From Candidatus Bathyarchaeota archaeon (GTDB lineage Archaea; Thermoproteota; Bathyarchaeia; Bathyarchaeales; Bathycorpusculaceae): a stretch of 64,000 nt of DNA. The stretch lies in the NCBI GenBank assembly GCA_963717465.1, contig OY970340.1:1120001-1184000 (forward strand), in the 5' to 3' direction. The notes under the pieces were generated by a model. That model worked only from the letters and a program-made list of their open reading frames with translations, made no database searches and was not told the origin of the DNA. The first letter of the stretch is position 1. Each line of letters begins with the position of its first letter. Below, in pieces: positions 51,403 to 62,445 of the stretch. The translations under genes were made by a program, and so were the position numbers.

Positions 51403-52542
51403 ATGAGCAAGAAGAGCAAGTCGGACAGAACAAACGTGCCGAGAAAAGATGAGCTTCTGAGGCACTTATCTGCTGTCACAAGGTTCGTCAGGAAGGCTAG
51501 TGATGACCCTTCCCTGTTGCGTTATCTGGAAGAGACGAAGAGGGCACTAGCCGAGACTAAGTACGGCCTCATCTTCGAAGAGCATTCGGAGGAAATAGAG
51601 AGGATCTTGGAGGAGAACGATGTCGAGCTGGTGGAGCAGAGGAAACTGGCAATCAAGAATGGTAAGAGGTTGAACATCTTGATAGAAGGGGAGAATCTCG
51701 CAGTTCTCCGGAAGCTGACAACCAAATATTCGGGAGAGGTGGACGTGATTTACGTCGACCCTCCGTACAACACAGGTATGAAATCCTTGAATTACGATGA
51801 TTACGATTATGCTGACGCGGGCGATGCGTACGTTCATAGCAAGTGGCTTAGTTTCATGGGTAAGAGGCTCCGTGTTGCATATGGCCTCCTGTCAGGAAAT
51901 GGTGTGATGTTCATTCACATTGATGAGCACGAAACAGGTACCCTGCTCCTCTTATGCCAAAGTATTTTTGGCGAAGCCAACGTGGTCGTCCTGGTTTGGC
52001 CCAAGACAGATCCCAAGTTTGATCAGAACCGTGTTGAAAAGCCATTTCACAACATTAAAATCGTGCACGAGAACATCTTTGCGTGTTTCAAAGACAAAAA
52101 CAACACTATCTTTAATGCTCTGATGATGCCCTCACGTGCAAGTGGTGAAGAGTACGAAGAGACTCCGATCCGCATGGAAACTATATTGAAGGGTCTGGGG
52201 ACAACATCATCCGCTAAAGACGAGCTTGAGGAGATTCTTGGGAGAAGAGACATCTTTCAGACCCCAAAACCCATGAAGCTTGTAAAGGAGCTGGTCAGGG
52301 CAGCAGCGGGGAAGCATGCGTTAGTCTTGGATTTCTTTGCTGGCTCGGGAACTACTGGTCACGCGGTCATGGACTTGAACATGGAGGATGGAGGAGATCG
52401 AAAATTCATTCTCGTAAACAACTCGGAGAATGGAATCTGTAGAGAGGTGACATACGAGCGCTTAAGAAGGGTGCTTGAGAGAGAACACTATCAGGAATGC
52501 TTGAGATACTTAAAAGTCAAGTACGTTCCGAGAATTCGCTAA
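51403..52542 (+). CDS. Site-specific DNA methyltransferase (beta class, Type III Mod-like), no Res partner visible
   Basis: KYGLIFEEH, LIEGENL, IYVDPPYNTG, HSKWLSFM, TPKPMKL, LDFFAGSGTTGHAV. Confidence 0.9.
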   Translation: MSKKSKSDRTNVPRKDELLRHLSAVTRFVRKASDDPSLLRYLEETKRALAETKYGLIFEEHSEEIERILEENDVELVEQRKLAIKNGKRLNILIEGENLAVLRKLTTKYSGEVDVIYVDPPYNTGMKSLNYDDYDYADAGDAYVHSKWLSFMGKRLRVAYGLLSGNGVMFIHIDEHETGTLLLLCQSIFGEANVVVLVWPKTDPKFDQNRVEKPFHNIKIVHENIFACFKDKNNTIFNALMMPSRASGEEYEETPIRMETILKGLGTTSSAKDELEEILGRRDIFQTPKPMKLVKELVRAAAGKHALVLDFFAGSGTTGHAVMDLNMEDGGDRKFILVNNSENGICREVTYERLRRVLEREHYQECLRYLKVKYVPRIR

Positions 52543-52595
52543 CAAGACGCTGAATTTTCTCCTACACGAACTCACGATTTTTTTATAGCGCGCCT

Positions 52596-53167
52596 TTCAA
52601 AACAGTCCACTTTAAAAAACCTTGAAAAAAACAATCCTAAACCTTCAGAAAACTAATTAGTAACTAATTAGCAGCCGACAAATGACCCCTAACCGTTTCT
52701 TAACCATGCAAAAAGTTCAAACAATACTACACATAACCATAAAAAAGTTCAAAACACACAACCCCTCAAGACCAAAACTAACGCACTTTTGCAAAAACAA
52801 GCCCAAACCAACCCTTTTCAAACCAAAAAAATTCTTAAAATTGAACAAAAAAGTTCAAAATTCCACTTCCACCAAACCATGAACAACCCCCAACCACACA
52901 AACAATACTCCCAAAAACCCACAGCAGCATTCAGCCTAAACCTAAACAACGGCGCGCACGTCTTTACCGTTCTTGTATCTAGGAGTACTAGTCGGTTTAG
53001 CCGTTGCGCTGTTACGTTTTGCTTTGCCCTTAAGTTGCCATCTCACACCTTGATAAACCCAAAACAACCTCATCAGACTGCTCCAAAACCAACTTCTGAA
53101 AATTCAAAGCACCCCTAAGCTTAGCATCAATCTCAAGTTCTAGTGGACCGGTGGGGATTTGAACCCC
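52596..53167 (+). repeat. ~570 bp direct repeat copy 2, overlapping the tRNA-Ala 3' end
   Basis: Aligns with 39148-39745. Confidence 0.9.
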
Positions 53168-53217
53168 AGACCTCTTGAGTGCAAGTCAAGCGTTCATACC
53201 AACTGAACTACCGGCCC
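53144..53217 (-). tRNA. tRNA-Ala (anticodon TGC)
   Basis: GGGCCGGTAGTTCAGTTGGTATGAACGCTTGACTTGCACTCAAGAGGTCTGGGGTTCAAATCCCCACCGGTCCA folds as a cloverleaf with a G3-U70 pair; CCA not encoded. Confidence 0.95.
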
Positions 53218-53702
53218 TTGCCTTTCCTCTCTTCGCCCCAGAATATTTAGTTTTTGCAAAGAAAAGACAAGAAAAAACAGGTTAAATCTAACTAAAAATA
53301 AAATGGATTAATAATAAACTAATGATGGTCAAGCGTTAAGCTTAATATCGTCTTGGCCTTGCTGGTCGTTTCTTTGCCCAGCATTCCCGGCAGTAAACTG
53401 GTCTGCTTGGATCAGGTTTGAATGGGACTTCACATTCCTGACCACATTCAGAGCAAGTTGCCTTATGCATTTCTTTTCCGGACACTATTTCAACTCCATT
53501 ATCTGTTTATGGTGCACTACTATCAGTGCACATTTATTGCACTAGCATTGAAGAATATAAAATTTGTCGTAACAGAAACAAAACAAACAATTCACCAAGA
53601 AAAATTATCTCCATAAATTCGCTAGAAGCGACAGCAGAAACAAGTTTATTTAAAAAGTTAAATTCCCAAAAGTGCACAGACTATCATTAGGAGTAATTTA
53701 AC

Positions 53703-54188
53703 ATGGAGCTCAAAACAGTACAGATAAGTCCTCCAAAAGACTGCAACACGATATTGGGCATGGCGCATTTCATAAAAACAGCCGAAGACTTGTATGAAGC
53801 TCTAGTTAATGCAGTTCCAAACATTAAATTTGGAATCGGCTTCTGCGAAAGCTCAGGACCCTGCTTAGTCAGACATGAAGGAAACGAAGCTGACCTTGAA
53901 CAATTAGCATCAGAAAAAGCCTTCGAAATCGCCTGCGGCCACAGTTTTATAATATTCATTAAAAACGCCTATCCGTTAAACGTACTCGATAAAATTAAGA
54001 AAGTGCCCGAAGTCTGCACTATTTACGCAGCAACAGCCAACCCGCTGGAAGTATTAATTGCTGAAACCAGTCAAGGCCGAGGAATAATAGGCCTCGTCGA
54101 CGGCTTCAAAAGCAAAGGAATCGAAACGGACAACGATGTCAAAGAGCGACGCGCATTCTTAAGAACAATAGGCTACAAACTAAACTAA
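53703..54188 (+). CDS. Adenosine-specific kinase family protein (DUF355)
   Basis: [52 protein letters not shown]. Confidence 0.85.
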   Translation: MELKTVQISPPKDCNTILGMAHFIKTAEDLYEALVNAVPNIKFGIGFCESSGPCLVRHEGNEADLEQLASEKAFEIACGHSFIIFIKNAYPLNVLDKIKKVPEVCTIYAATANPLEVLIAETSQGRGIIGLVDGFKSKGIETDNDVKERRAFLRTIGYKLN

Positions 54189-54371
54189 GAAAAATAAGCG
54201 GCATATATTTCTCCTAGACATTCATTTTAATCGGCGGTTTACCGTTCGGTCTAGTTAGTAACCAAGTTTCTGTCTCTGTATGGGAGTTTATTTAGACTTG
54301 TGTGTCAAGTAATTTATTGAAAAAAATTGTTAAGACAAGAGGCGTATTGGTAGAAAATAAGGCTAAGTTAC

Positions 54372-55010
54372 ATGGCAAATAATAAAATGAAAGCTTCAGT
54401 TAAGCCTGTCATTCTTCTAATCGCTTCTTTCTTGGGGATATTAGCTATAAGTTTTTTCTACGTGCCCTTTTTTACTGCAGCAAAAGTTCTATATCCTATC
54501 TTTGTTACACCCACGGTAGCTATTGACCTGTATGGTTTAGTCTTGCCCCTAATTGTTGTTCTCTCATGCACAGCGGTTTACATCAAACAATCGCGCTCCA
54601 AAATAGGTTTTGCAATCGCCTTTTTATGCTGCCTTTTAATTGCATTGTTCACTAGTCAAGTAACAACTGACGGCTTAAGAATCAATGCAGCTTTATTCTC
54701 CTTAGTTGCCAGCTTACTAGTCACGTCTGTATCGGCATCGCTTGCATTAATACGCGACAAAGCGATCAAGTTTAAATCAGTTTTTGTTTCTTCCTTACTT
54801 TTGGGCTCAATCTGCATACCGCTAGCGATGATCCTCATAGACATTTATTCTCTGCAATTTTATGCAGCTGCCGTCATAGGCGGGAACGGTCTCGCTGACG
54901 GAATTCTGCTTTCTACTTTATACTCACCTTTAGCGATAACTTTTGAATTCTCCATACTAGAGCTTGCTTTTTCAGTAGTCAACCAAATAAAACTATTTAT
55001 CAAGGATTAG
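54372..55010 (+). CDS. Hypothetical membrane protein
   Basis: Multiple hydrophobic helices; IGGNGLADGI motif. Confidence 0.65.
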   Translation: MANNKMKASVKPVILLIASFLGILAISFFYVPFFTAAKVLYPIFVTPTVAIDLYGLVLPLIVVLSCTAVYIKQSRSKIGFAIAFLCCLLIALFTSQVTTDGLRINAALFSLVASLLVTSVSASLALIRDKAIKFKSVFVSSLLLGSICIPLAMILIDIYSLQFYAAAVIGGNGLADGILLSTLYSPLAITFEFSILELAFSVVNQIKLFIKD

Positions 55011-55144
55011 ATTTATTAAAAATTAGACACGGCAGCAATTTTCAAAAACAACGTTTTTACCATGTTTATCACGTTCGCTGATGCCGATGATGTTTTCTAA
55101 ACTTTCTTAAATATTTCAAAGATTGCGCGAGAAACGTTGATGCC

Positions 55145-55594
55145 ATGAATGATTTGCATCTGAAGATCCTAACAAAGAAATTAATAGAGAAGAAAGAAAG
55201 CATGAGTGATTTTTCAAGGTCTACTTTCTGGGTTCTACTCGCCCTAAGTCTGGCAATTTTGGGAATCGACTTTTATATTATTAATCTTCCCCTTTCAGGT
55301 TGGATTTTGCAAGCTATTATCGTCGGTGTGTTTCTCGAGTACCTCAAGCCTAAAAAAACTCTTCTTTTGGTTGCATTAATCGAAATCTTCTTCATCAGCA
55401 GTTACGGTGGTTGGATGACTGTCTTAGCCCTTTTAAGCTTAATTGGGCAAGCATTCTTTTTACCATTAATTGTACTTTTTTACTTTGTTGCAGTTTTAGC
55501 CATCTTCTCGTTTGGAATAATTACCAATCACCTTTTTCACAAAATAAATCTATTCGAAAGATTAACCCGCAGCGGACATTTGCATCTGAATTAA
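55145..55594 (+). CDS. Hypothetical membrane protein
   Basis: Four hydrophobic segments. Confidence 0.55.
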   Translation: MNDLHLKILTKKLIEKKESMSDFSRSTFWVLLALSLAILGIDFYIINLPLSGWILQAIIVGVFLEYLKPKKTLLLVALIEIFFISSYGGWMTVLALLSLIGQAFFLPLIVLFYFVAVLAIFSFGIITNHLFHKINLFERLTRSGHLHLN

Positions 55595-55980
55595 TAGACT
55601 CACGATTTGCTTTTTATCTTCTGAAAGAGTGACTCCAAAAACGCGTACTGCTGCAGTAAAAAGTGCAATGCCATAGCAATTCCACAGTTCTTTGCATAAA
55701 ACCAGTGAACATTACTTTATCTGTCTACAAAACGTCAATCAGATGCTAAAAATGATTTGCTGCAAGACTAAAAAGTGCTTGTAATAAATAACTTGATTTT
55801 ATCAAAAATGTACATAGAAGAAAATAGGATTATTACTAATATATTTCAAAAGATCGCCGCTAATGTGACAAGCCTTCTGCAGTTTATTCAAGTTTTAGAT
55901 AGTTTGCTCTAGAAACGGTTTAAAAGCATGAAAAGCTACAACAAACTTTATTCACTTATGTGAACGCTGGTGGCTGACAA

Positions 55981-58900
55981 ATGGCGGATGGCGCCCCGGG
56001 AAATCCGGAAATATTCAAGATTAAAGATGAGACCCCTTCAGCGCAGCCCCCTGTAACCGCAGAAGAGATTTTAACTGCTCCTGCAGACGAGTTAATGTCC
56101 CGTTTAGATACGTCACCTCAGGGTCTTAGCTCTCAAGAAGCAGAAAAAAGATTAAGCATTTATGGCACTAACGAATTAGCGCGAAAGAAAAAACGTTCTG
56201 CTATTATCAGTTTTCTTCTGCATTTCAAGAGCCCCTTAATCATCATACTTTTGGCCGCTGCGAGCATTCGCAGGAGCTACTGGTGATGTTGCAGATTTTA
56301 CCATAATTTTCGTCATTGTAATAATCAGTGTTAGTATCGACCACTATCAAGAATCAAAAGCGGAAAATTCAGCTGAATTACTTAAAGAAAAAATCAGTAC
56401 AACTGCCACAGTAATTCGTGATAACGTCAAAAGAGAACTTAAACTTTCCCAAATCGTTCCAGGAGACGTCGTCTATCTTTCAGCTGGAGACATAGTTCCG
56501 GCAGATGCAAGAATCCTCACCGCTAAAGATCTTTTCGTGAACCAAAGTGCTCTAACAGGTGAATCCTTCCCCGCTGAAAAGACAGCTAACAGTTTGGATT
56601 TAAAAGATCCATCATCAAGTTCCATTACTGAATGGAACAATTATCTGTTTATGGGCACCTCCGTTGTAAGCGGCACAGCGACAGCAGCGGTGGTTAAGAC
56701 CGGTGGCTCAACAGAATACGGAAAAATTGCGAAAAAACTTGTTACAAAGCCGCCTGAAACAGAGTTTGAAAGAGGCGTAAAAGGATTCAGTTACCTAATC
56801 ATGCAAGTAACCTTTGTACTAATTATCTTCGTTTTTATTGTACTTCTCTGGTTTAAACGTCCCTTTGTTGATTCGTTATTGTTTGCCGCAGCCCTTGCGG
56901 TGGGATTAACGCCTGAACTCTTGCCGATGATTATCACGATGAATCTCTCCAAAGGCGCAGTTAACATGTCAAAAAAAGGCGTAATTGTCAAACACTTGCC
57001 TTCAATCGAAAACTTTGGCAGCATGAACGTTTTGTGTACAGACAAAACTGGAACACTGACTGAAAATCGCATATCGCTTGTTATGCATGTTGATATGGAA
57101 GGCAAGAATAACGATAAAGTTCTTCTATTCTCTTACTTGAACAGCTACTTTCAAACTGGATTAAAAAGCCCTCTTGACGACGCCATACTCGTTCATAAAG
57201 AGGTCGATTATGCAGGTTTCCAGAAAATCGATGAGGTCCCATTTGATTTTGTTCGCAGACGCGTTTCAGTAGTAGTAGAAAAAGAACAGGAAAAATTCTT
57301 CATAGCTAAAGGCGCTCCAGAAGACGTACTGAAAGTCTCAGCTTATTATGAATTTGAGGGTTTACTGTACGATATCAATGAAGAGATTCGGAAAAAGATT
57401 GAGCAGAAATACGTCGATTTAAGTTCTGAAGGCTTAAGGGTCTTAGGAGTAGCATACCGAAAACTTCGAGAAGAAAGAACCACTTACTCAGTTAATGACG
57501 AAACAGATATGGTTTTTCTTGGTTTCATCGCATTTCTTGATCCCCCTAAGCAGACTGCAAAGGAATCGATAGCTCTTCTAGCGAAGGAAGGAATAGAACT
57601 AAAAATTTTAACTGGCGACAATGAATTAGTAACAAGAAACGTTTGTCAACAACTTGGCTTTGAAATCAAAGGAGTTGTTCTTGGTAACGAACTTGTTCAG
57701 ATGCATAATGATTCACTTGCTCGAGTGGTAGAAGAAGCCAATGTTTTTGCTCGAGTAACCCCTGCCCAAAAAGATAGAATAATCAATCTGTTGAAAGACA
57801 ACGGCCATGTTGTTGGCTTCATGGGCGACGGCATTAATGATGCTCCTTCGTTGAAAACCTCCGACGTTGGCGTTTCAGTTAACAACGCAGTAGATGTTGC
57901 AAAAGAAGCAGCCGACATTATCCTTCTAGAGAATGATTTGACGGTACTGGCTGAAGGTGTTACCGAGGGTAGAAAAACATTTGGCAACACCATGAAGTAT
58001 GTAATGATGGGTATTAGCTCAAACTTTGGCAACATGTTTAGCGTTGCTGGAGCAGCGCTCTTTTTGCCGTTTCTCCCGATGACGTCCATACAGATATTGC
58101 TTAACAATCTGCTGTACACACTTTCTCAAACGACAATAGCCACAGACAACGTGGACGAAGAATACATTGAGCGCCCAAAAAGGTGGGATATTTCCTTTAT
58201 ACGAAACTTTATGATAGTTGAAGGTCCCACAAGTTCAATCTTCGATTACATCACCTTCTTCCTTATGATCTTTATTATTCCACTATTTGCAACTTTAATA
58301 CAGCCTATCCAGCAATTTCAAACAGCGTGGTTTATAGAATCACTCTGCACTCAAACATTAGTTGTATTTGTCATTAGGACCAGGCAATCACCGTTCTGGA
58401 AGAGTAGACCCGGCAAGTATTTAACAATCAGCAGTCTCTCAATAGTTGCTGCAGCTCTTATTATTCCATATACGCCATTGGGACCAATATTTCAATTTAC
58501 GCCCCCACCACCACTTTTCTACGTTTTCTTATTGGCGATTATCGTAACATATTTGTTATTAGCTGAAGTAGTGAAGAAAGAATTCTACAAACGGCATTCA
58601 TACAAGATTGAACAGGCATTAGTTCCAAAAAGAAAAGCCTTCTACCTCAATAAAACTGCGCGGTTCGTATTGGATTCAGCAGCCGTAATATGCCTTCGCC
58701 CAGAAAACGAAATTTCATTCGATTCCTTAATTCAGGATTTAGCCAGAAGCATCAACTACCCAATTGAAAAAGACAAAATTGACCAAAGCCTGCAATACCT
58801 AAAGCGCGGCTGGATTCATCGAAGTGGACTGGCACAATCACACAATAAAAAGGACACAAACAATAAGAGAATACATTACAAAGTACGTTGTTCCAAGTAG

Positions 58901-59012
58901 AAGTTGGCAACTAGCATTTGACGATTGGCTGCGCATAAACAATACGATTCAAGAGAAATATGGAAAAACAAACCCTGACTTCCAAGACCTTTTAACACCA
59001 AAGCAACATTAA
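55981..59012 (+). CDS. mgtA: Mg2+-translocating P-type ATPase with C-terminal extension (+1 frameshifts near 56267 and 58808)
   Basis: TGES, GLTPELLP, DKTGTLT, KGAPE, TGDN, GDGINDAP, SSNFGNMFSV, FQTAWFIES; three ORF pieces join after removing single bases. Confidence 0.9.
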
Positions 59013-59172
59013 CTGGGCTCATAGGCACCCTTAAAAAAAATGATAACTAGACTATTTTTGCTCTTAAAAACTTTTGAAAAATATTTCAAAAGTATCAATC
59101 TCTGAACAGTTCCTTAACATAACTGAATATGATAGCGGCATTATTCCAAGCAACTAAAAGGGAAGTCTGTAG

Positions 59173-60021
59173 TTATAATTGAAGGACTAAGTATAATATT
59201 GCAATACCTATTGCAATTACTCCAAGTCCAGCTGTCAAATAAACTATTTTTTGTTTCGCGGCGACCTTTATGAGAAAATCTATCAAAAATAAGCTGACTA
59301 TAGTAGAAACGATAATAGCTACAACTAAACCCGTTAATCCTATTGCAGCAATGGATGGAGCAAGATTCGACTTGCTAAATAAAGCTATTCCGAAGGCTCC
59401 GGCGGAAGCAAATATTCCAGCGGTAAAGGATAGTCTAAATGCTTCATCTGGCTTAACTTTTAGTAGTAGCATTGTGCTAGTTGTAATTCCTGATCTGCTT
59501 ACGCCTGGTAGTGCTGCTATGCCCTGTGTGATTCCTACCAACAAGTAGTCCTTGATCGTGAGGTTTTCCAGTTTTCTCGGTGCAATCCCTTGTGCTTGTC
59601 TATTTCTGGAATATCGTATGAGCGCTGCGTCAGCGATTAGAATGACCCCCACTATCAACATGGGGATGCCTATTATGACTCCCGTTATTGAATCTGCGAT
59701 TATGTATAGTGGAACGGCAATCAAGCCAGTAACCACGGTAACGACTAAAACGTAGAAGAACAGTTTTCGTTTATCTTTATCCTTCGAGCCTAACAAAACC
59801 TGCACTAACTTAACTAGATCTTTTCTAAAGTATATTATAGCGGCAACCAGCGTACCAATTTCCATGAATAAGCCAAAAGTATACGCTTGCTGGTACGTGA
59901 GATTTAGAAGAATAGTGGAGGAAATCATAATTTGCGTCTTGCTGCTTATGGGAAGCCACTCTGAAATACCCTGAATAAGACCAATTATTATAGAGTACAG
60001 CAATTGAATAATATTGGACAT
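59173..60021 (-). CDS. uppP: Undecaprenyl-diphosphate phosphatase (BacA/UppP)
   Basis: QGISEWLPISS and PGVSRSG motifs. Confidence 0.9.
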   Translation of the reverse strand: MSNIIQLLYSIIIGLIQGISEWLPISSKTQIMISSTILLNLTYQQAYTFGLFMEIGTLVAAIIYFRKDLVKLVQVLLGSKDKDKRKLFFYVLVVTVVTGLIAVPLYIIADSITGVIIGIPMLIVGVILIADAALIRYSRNRQAQGIAPRKLENLTIKDYLLVGITQGIAALPGVSRSGITTSTMLLLKVKPDEAFRLSFTAGIFASAGAFGIALFSKSNLAPSIAAIGLTGLVVAIIVSTIVSLFLIDFLIKVAAKQKIVYLTAGLGVIAIGIAILYLVLQL

Positions 60022-60363
60022 GTTACCAACAGATACTGTAAGCTTGAAAATAAAGTTTTATCATTAAACCATTCTTAAAGATGAAAGATGTTCGAGGATA
60101 TTGCAAGGTATATTTGCTTTCAAAAAGAGCAATTTTATTTGACTTAACGATTTGAACTGGCAAAAAATTTGTTATTAACAAAACGTCTACAAAATTGGAG
60201 TAAGAAGACAGAATGCTATTCCGCCCTTTTTCCAATGAAAAAAGCAAAAAATCAAAAACACTGCTTAAAGAAAATAACAAAGTATAGGAATAGTTGATGG
60301 ACTAAAGGGCTACAAAATATGCTGTTTAAAAATTGGTATTGTTACAGTGTCATTTAGGCTTCT

Positions 60364-61116
60364 CTATATCGTGAAAGAGAGCGTTGTTTTCCTTCCATTC
60401 TTAAGTTGATATGAGAATTCCACGTTTTTTGAGGTAAGAAAAGAGAAAGAATTGCTAAAATAAAAACAATAATTTCCAGAAGTTTTAATTTGGTAATTAA
60501 AGGATTTAAAATTCGATATAGTCTCTTGATATTTAGGTCTTAACGAATTAACTGTTCCTTTATACCCAAGAACGCCAAAGTAAATGTCATTGTTGCCGCC
60601 TGCAACTTTAATATCCAAATGTACTTTCTGTCCTTTTCTAAGTGCTAATACAATCCTTTGAACTCTGGGTTCACTGCTCATTTTTTCCATAACTTGTGGT
60701 CTTATTAATCCTAAGTATCCTCTCCGTCGTTTTATTTTAGATGGCGTTTTGTTAAGTTTTGATGCTAAAATATTATCATCCATGCTAAGGAAATTTCTAA
60801 AAAGAAATTCATCCTCAATGGCTGACCAATTTTCATTACCAACTGTATTCTCTTTTTTGTATTGCCAACTATACTTCCAAGAATCCCCGAAGCCATTTTT
60901 AAGCAGATAAGCAGAACGCTTTTGTTCGTCAGAAAGTGTAGCGTAGGCTTCATTGATTTCTTTCATTTTTTCTTCAGCATCAGACGACTTGTTGCGATCG
61001 GGATGATACTTCATTGCAAGTGATCGATAAGCAGCTGTTATCTGGTCATCGGAGGCATCTTTCGGTATACCAAGCACATCAAAGTAATCCCTTTTTTCAG
61101 CCATCTGCTTTATCAC
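60364..61116 (-). CDS. J-domain protein with C-terminal GOLD/emp24-like domain
   Basis: KRDYFDVLG...YHPDRN J-domain; [19 protein letters not shown] resembles the p24/GOLD signature. Confidence 0.75.
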   Translation of the reverse strand: MIKQMAEKRDYFDVLGIPKDASDDQITAAYRSLAMKYHPDRNKSSDAEEKMKEINEAYATLSDEQKRSAYLLKNGFGDSWKYSWQYKKENTVGNENWSAIEDEFLFRNFLSMDDNILASKLNKTPSKIKRRRGYLGLIRPQVMEKMSSEPRVQRIVLALRKGQKVHLDIKVAGGNNDIYFGVLGYKGTVNSLRPKYQETISNFKSFNYQIKTSGNYCFYFSNSFSFLTSKNVEFSYQLKNGRKTTLSFTI

Positions 61117-61228
61117 TTGATTAAGAAAATAAAAGCTAACAGATTAAGACTTTATCCTTGCAGAATGCTGCATAATACCTTCTGAACACTAAACTTTTTA
61201 AACAAAAAAAGAGATGAGGATATTCTTA

Positions 61229-62129
61229 CTAAGAAGCGTCTAAGTTTGCAGCTGCAGATCGCTAGGTCGCAAATGTCAATTCTGCCGTGTTGAGCGAAAT
61301 CTAAGCTTTGATCATATCTTACTTGACCGAAAATTGAATGAAAGTCTGATAGAATGCTCTTTAGTTCTGAGGGGGTAACAGTGGCATTGGTTAACGTACC
61401 ATCTTGAACGTTAGGATTCAATGCGAAGGGGCAAATCATTTTTTTAGTCTGGATAATCCTATCAAATGTGACTGTTCCAGATATAGTGTCAACGCCAGTT
61501 ATTGAAAGAGTGAAGTTTTCCCAGCCACCTGTAACTGTTAGTGTTCCTATTGTATTGGTTGCTAAGGGTACCAGTGTTTGATCATTGTTAATGCTTACAA
61601 TATTGCCATCAGCATCAGTAATTACAGTGTGGACATTGGTGACATTCCAAACATTCCACGTGCCATTCAAGTAAAAGTCATTTCCATTATAATCCAAAGC
61701 AGCATAAGAGGCATTAGTCAGTCTGGCCGTGTAGTAGGTATACGTAAAGTTTTCGCTTTCACGCACTGAAGCAGTCGGTACTGAACCATTAGTAGTCCAT
61801 ATTGCGGTAGAGGAGGACCACTGTTCATCTGTATTGTTAATAGATAATCCCTGAGTTTGTGCCGTAAGTGTACCTGTAGCGTTGCTTGATCCAAAGGTTG
61901 TTATTGAGCCTACCATGCGAACATATTCTTGTTGAAGACTAGTGTTCCTTGAATCGTTCAAAGCCTTAATCCAAGTGAAAATCGGCGCCGGCGAGAATAA
62001 AGCGTTGTTGTTACAAGTGTTGTTAGAAGAGTTGGTATTTTGAGTGTTCGAAGCGAATGCTCCTGCAGTTATGCTAAGGATACTTGCTGCAAAAATTGTC
62101 AACAATATTATTGCTAATTTTTTCTTCAT
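61229..62129 (-). CDS. Secreted protein with C-terminal dockerin-like motif (+1 frameshift near 61256)
   Basis: Signal peptide; YDQSLDFAQHGRIDICDLA; corrected end AAANLDAS*. Confidence 0.65.
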
Positions 62130-62445
62130 TTCTTTTGCACCTTTTTCTGTAATTCACTACTTGCTTGCCAGAAATAAAAGCATTTCTGAAGCCCTTTTAG
62201 TTAAATAACCTTTATAACAGTTCATTTTAGTTCATTAACGTTCAATCAGGTTTTATTTATTTTTAACCCTTTAATTTAGTCAGAGTTTGCTCAAAATAAT
62301 ATGTTTTTAAACGCAATCGTTGATCTTAAGATTTTACTAATGATGATACTGATACTAAGTGCGGCGGGCGGCTCTATTGCGAAATTTGAGTCTAAATATA
62401 GAATCCTTAAATACGCATGATAAAATAATGCCTACACTGGTATAG

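Noticed and set aside
53030..53167. SSV-type split integrase fragment read through the tRNA end
   Set aside because: The open frame (VQIPTGPLELEIDAK...) stops after about 45 codons and shows no tyrosine-recombinase motifs.
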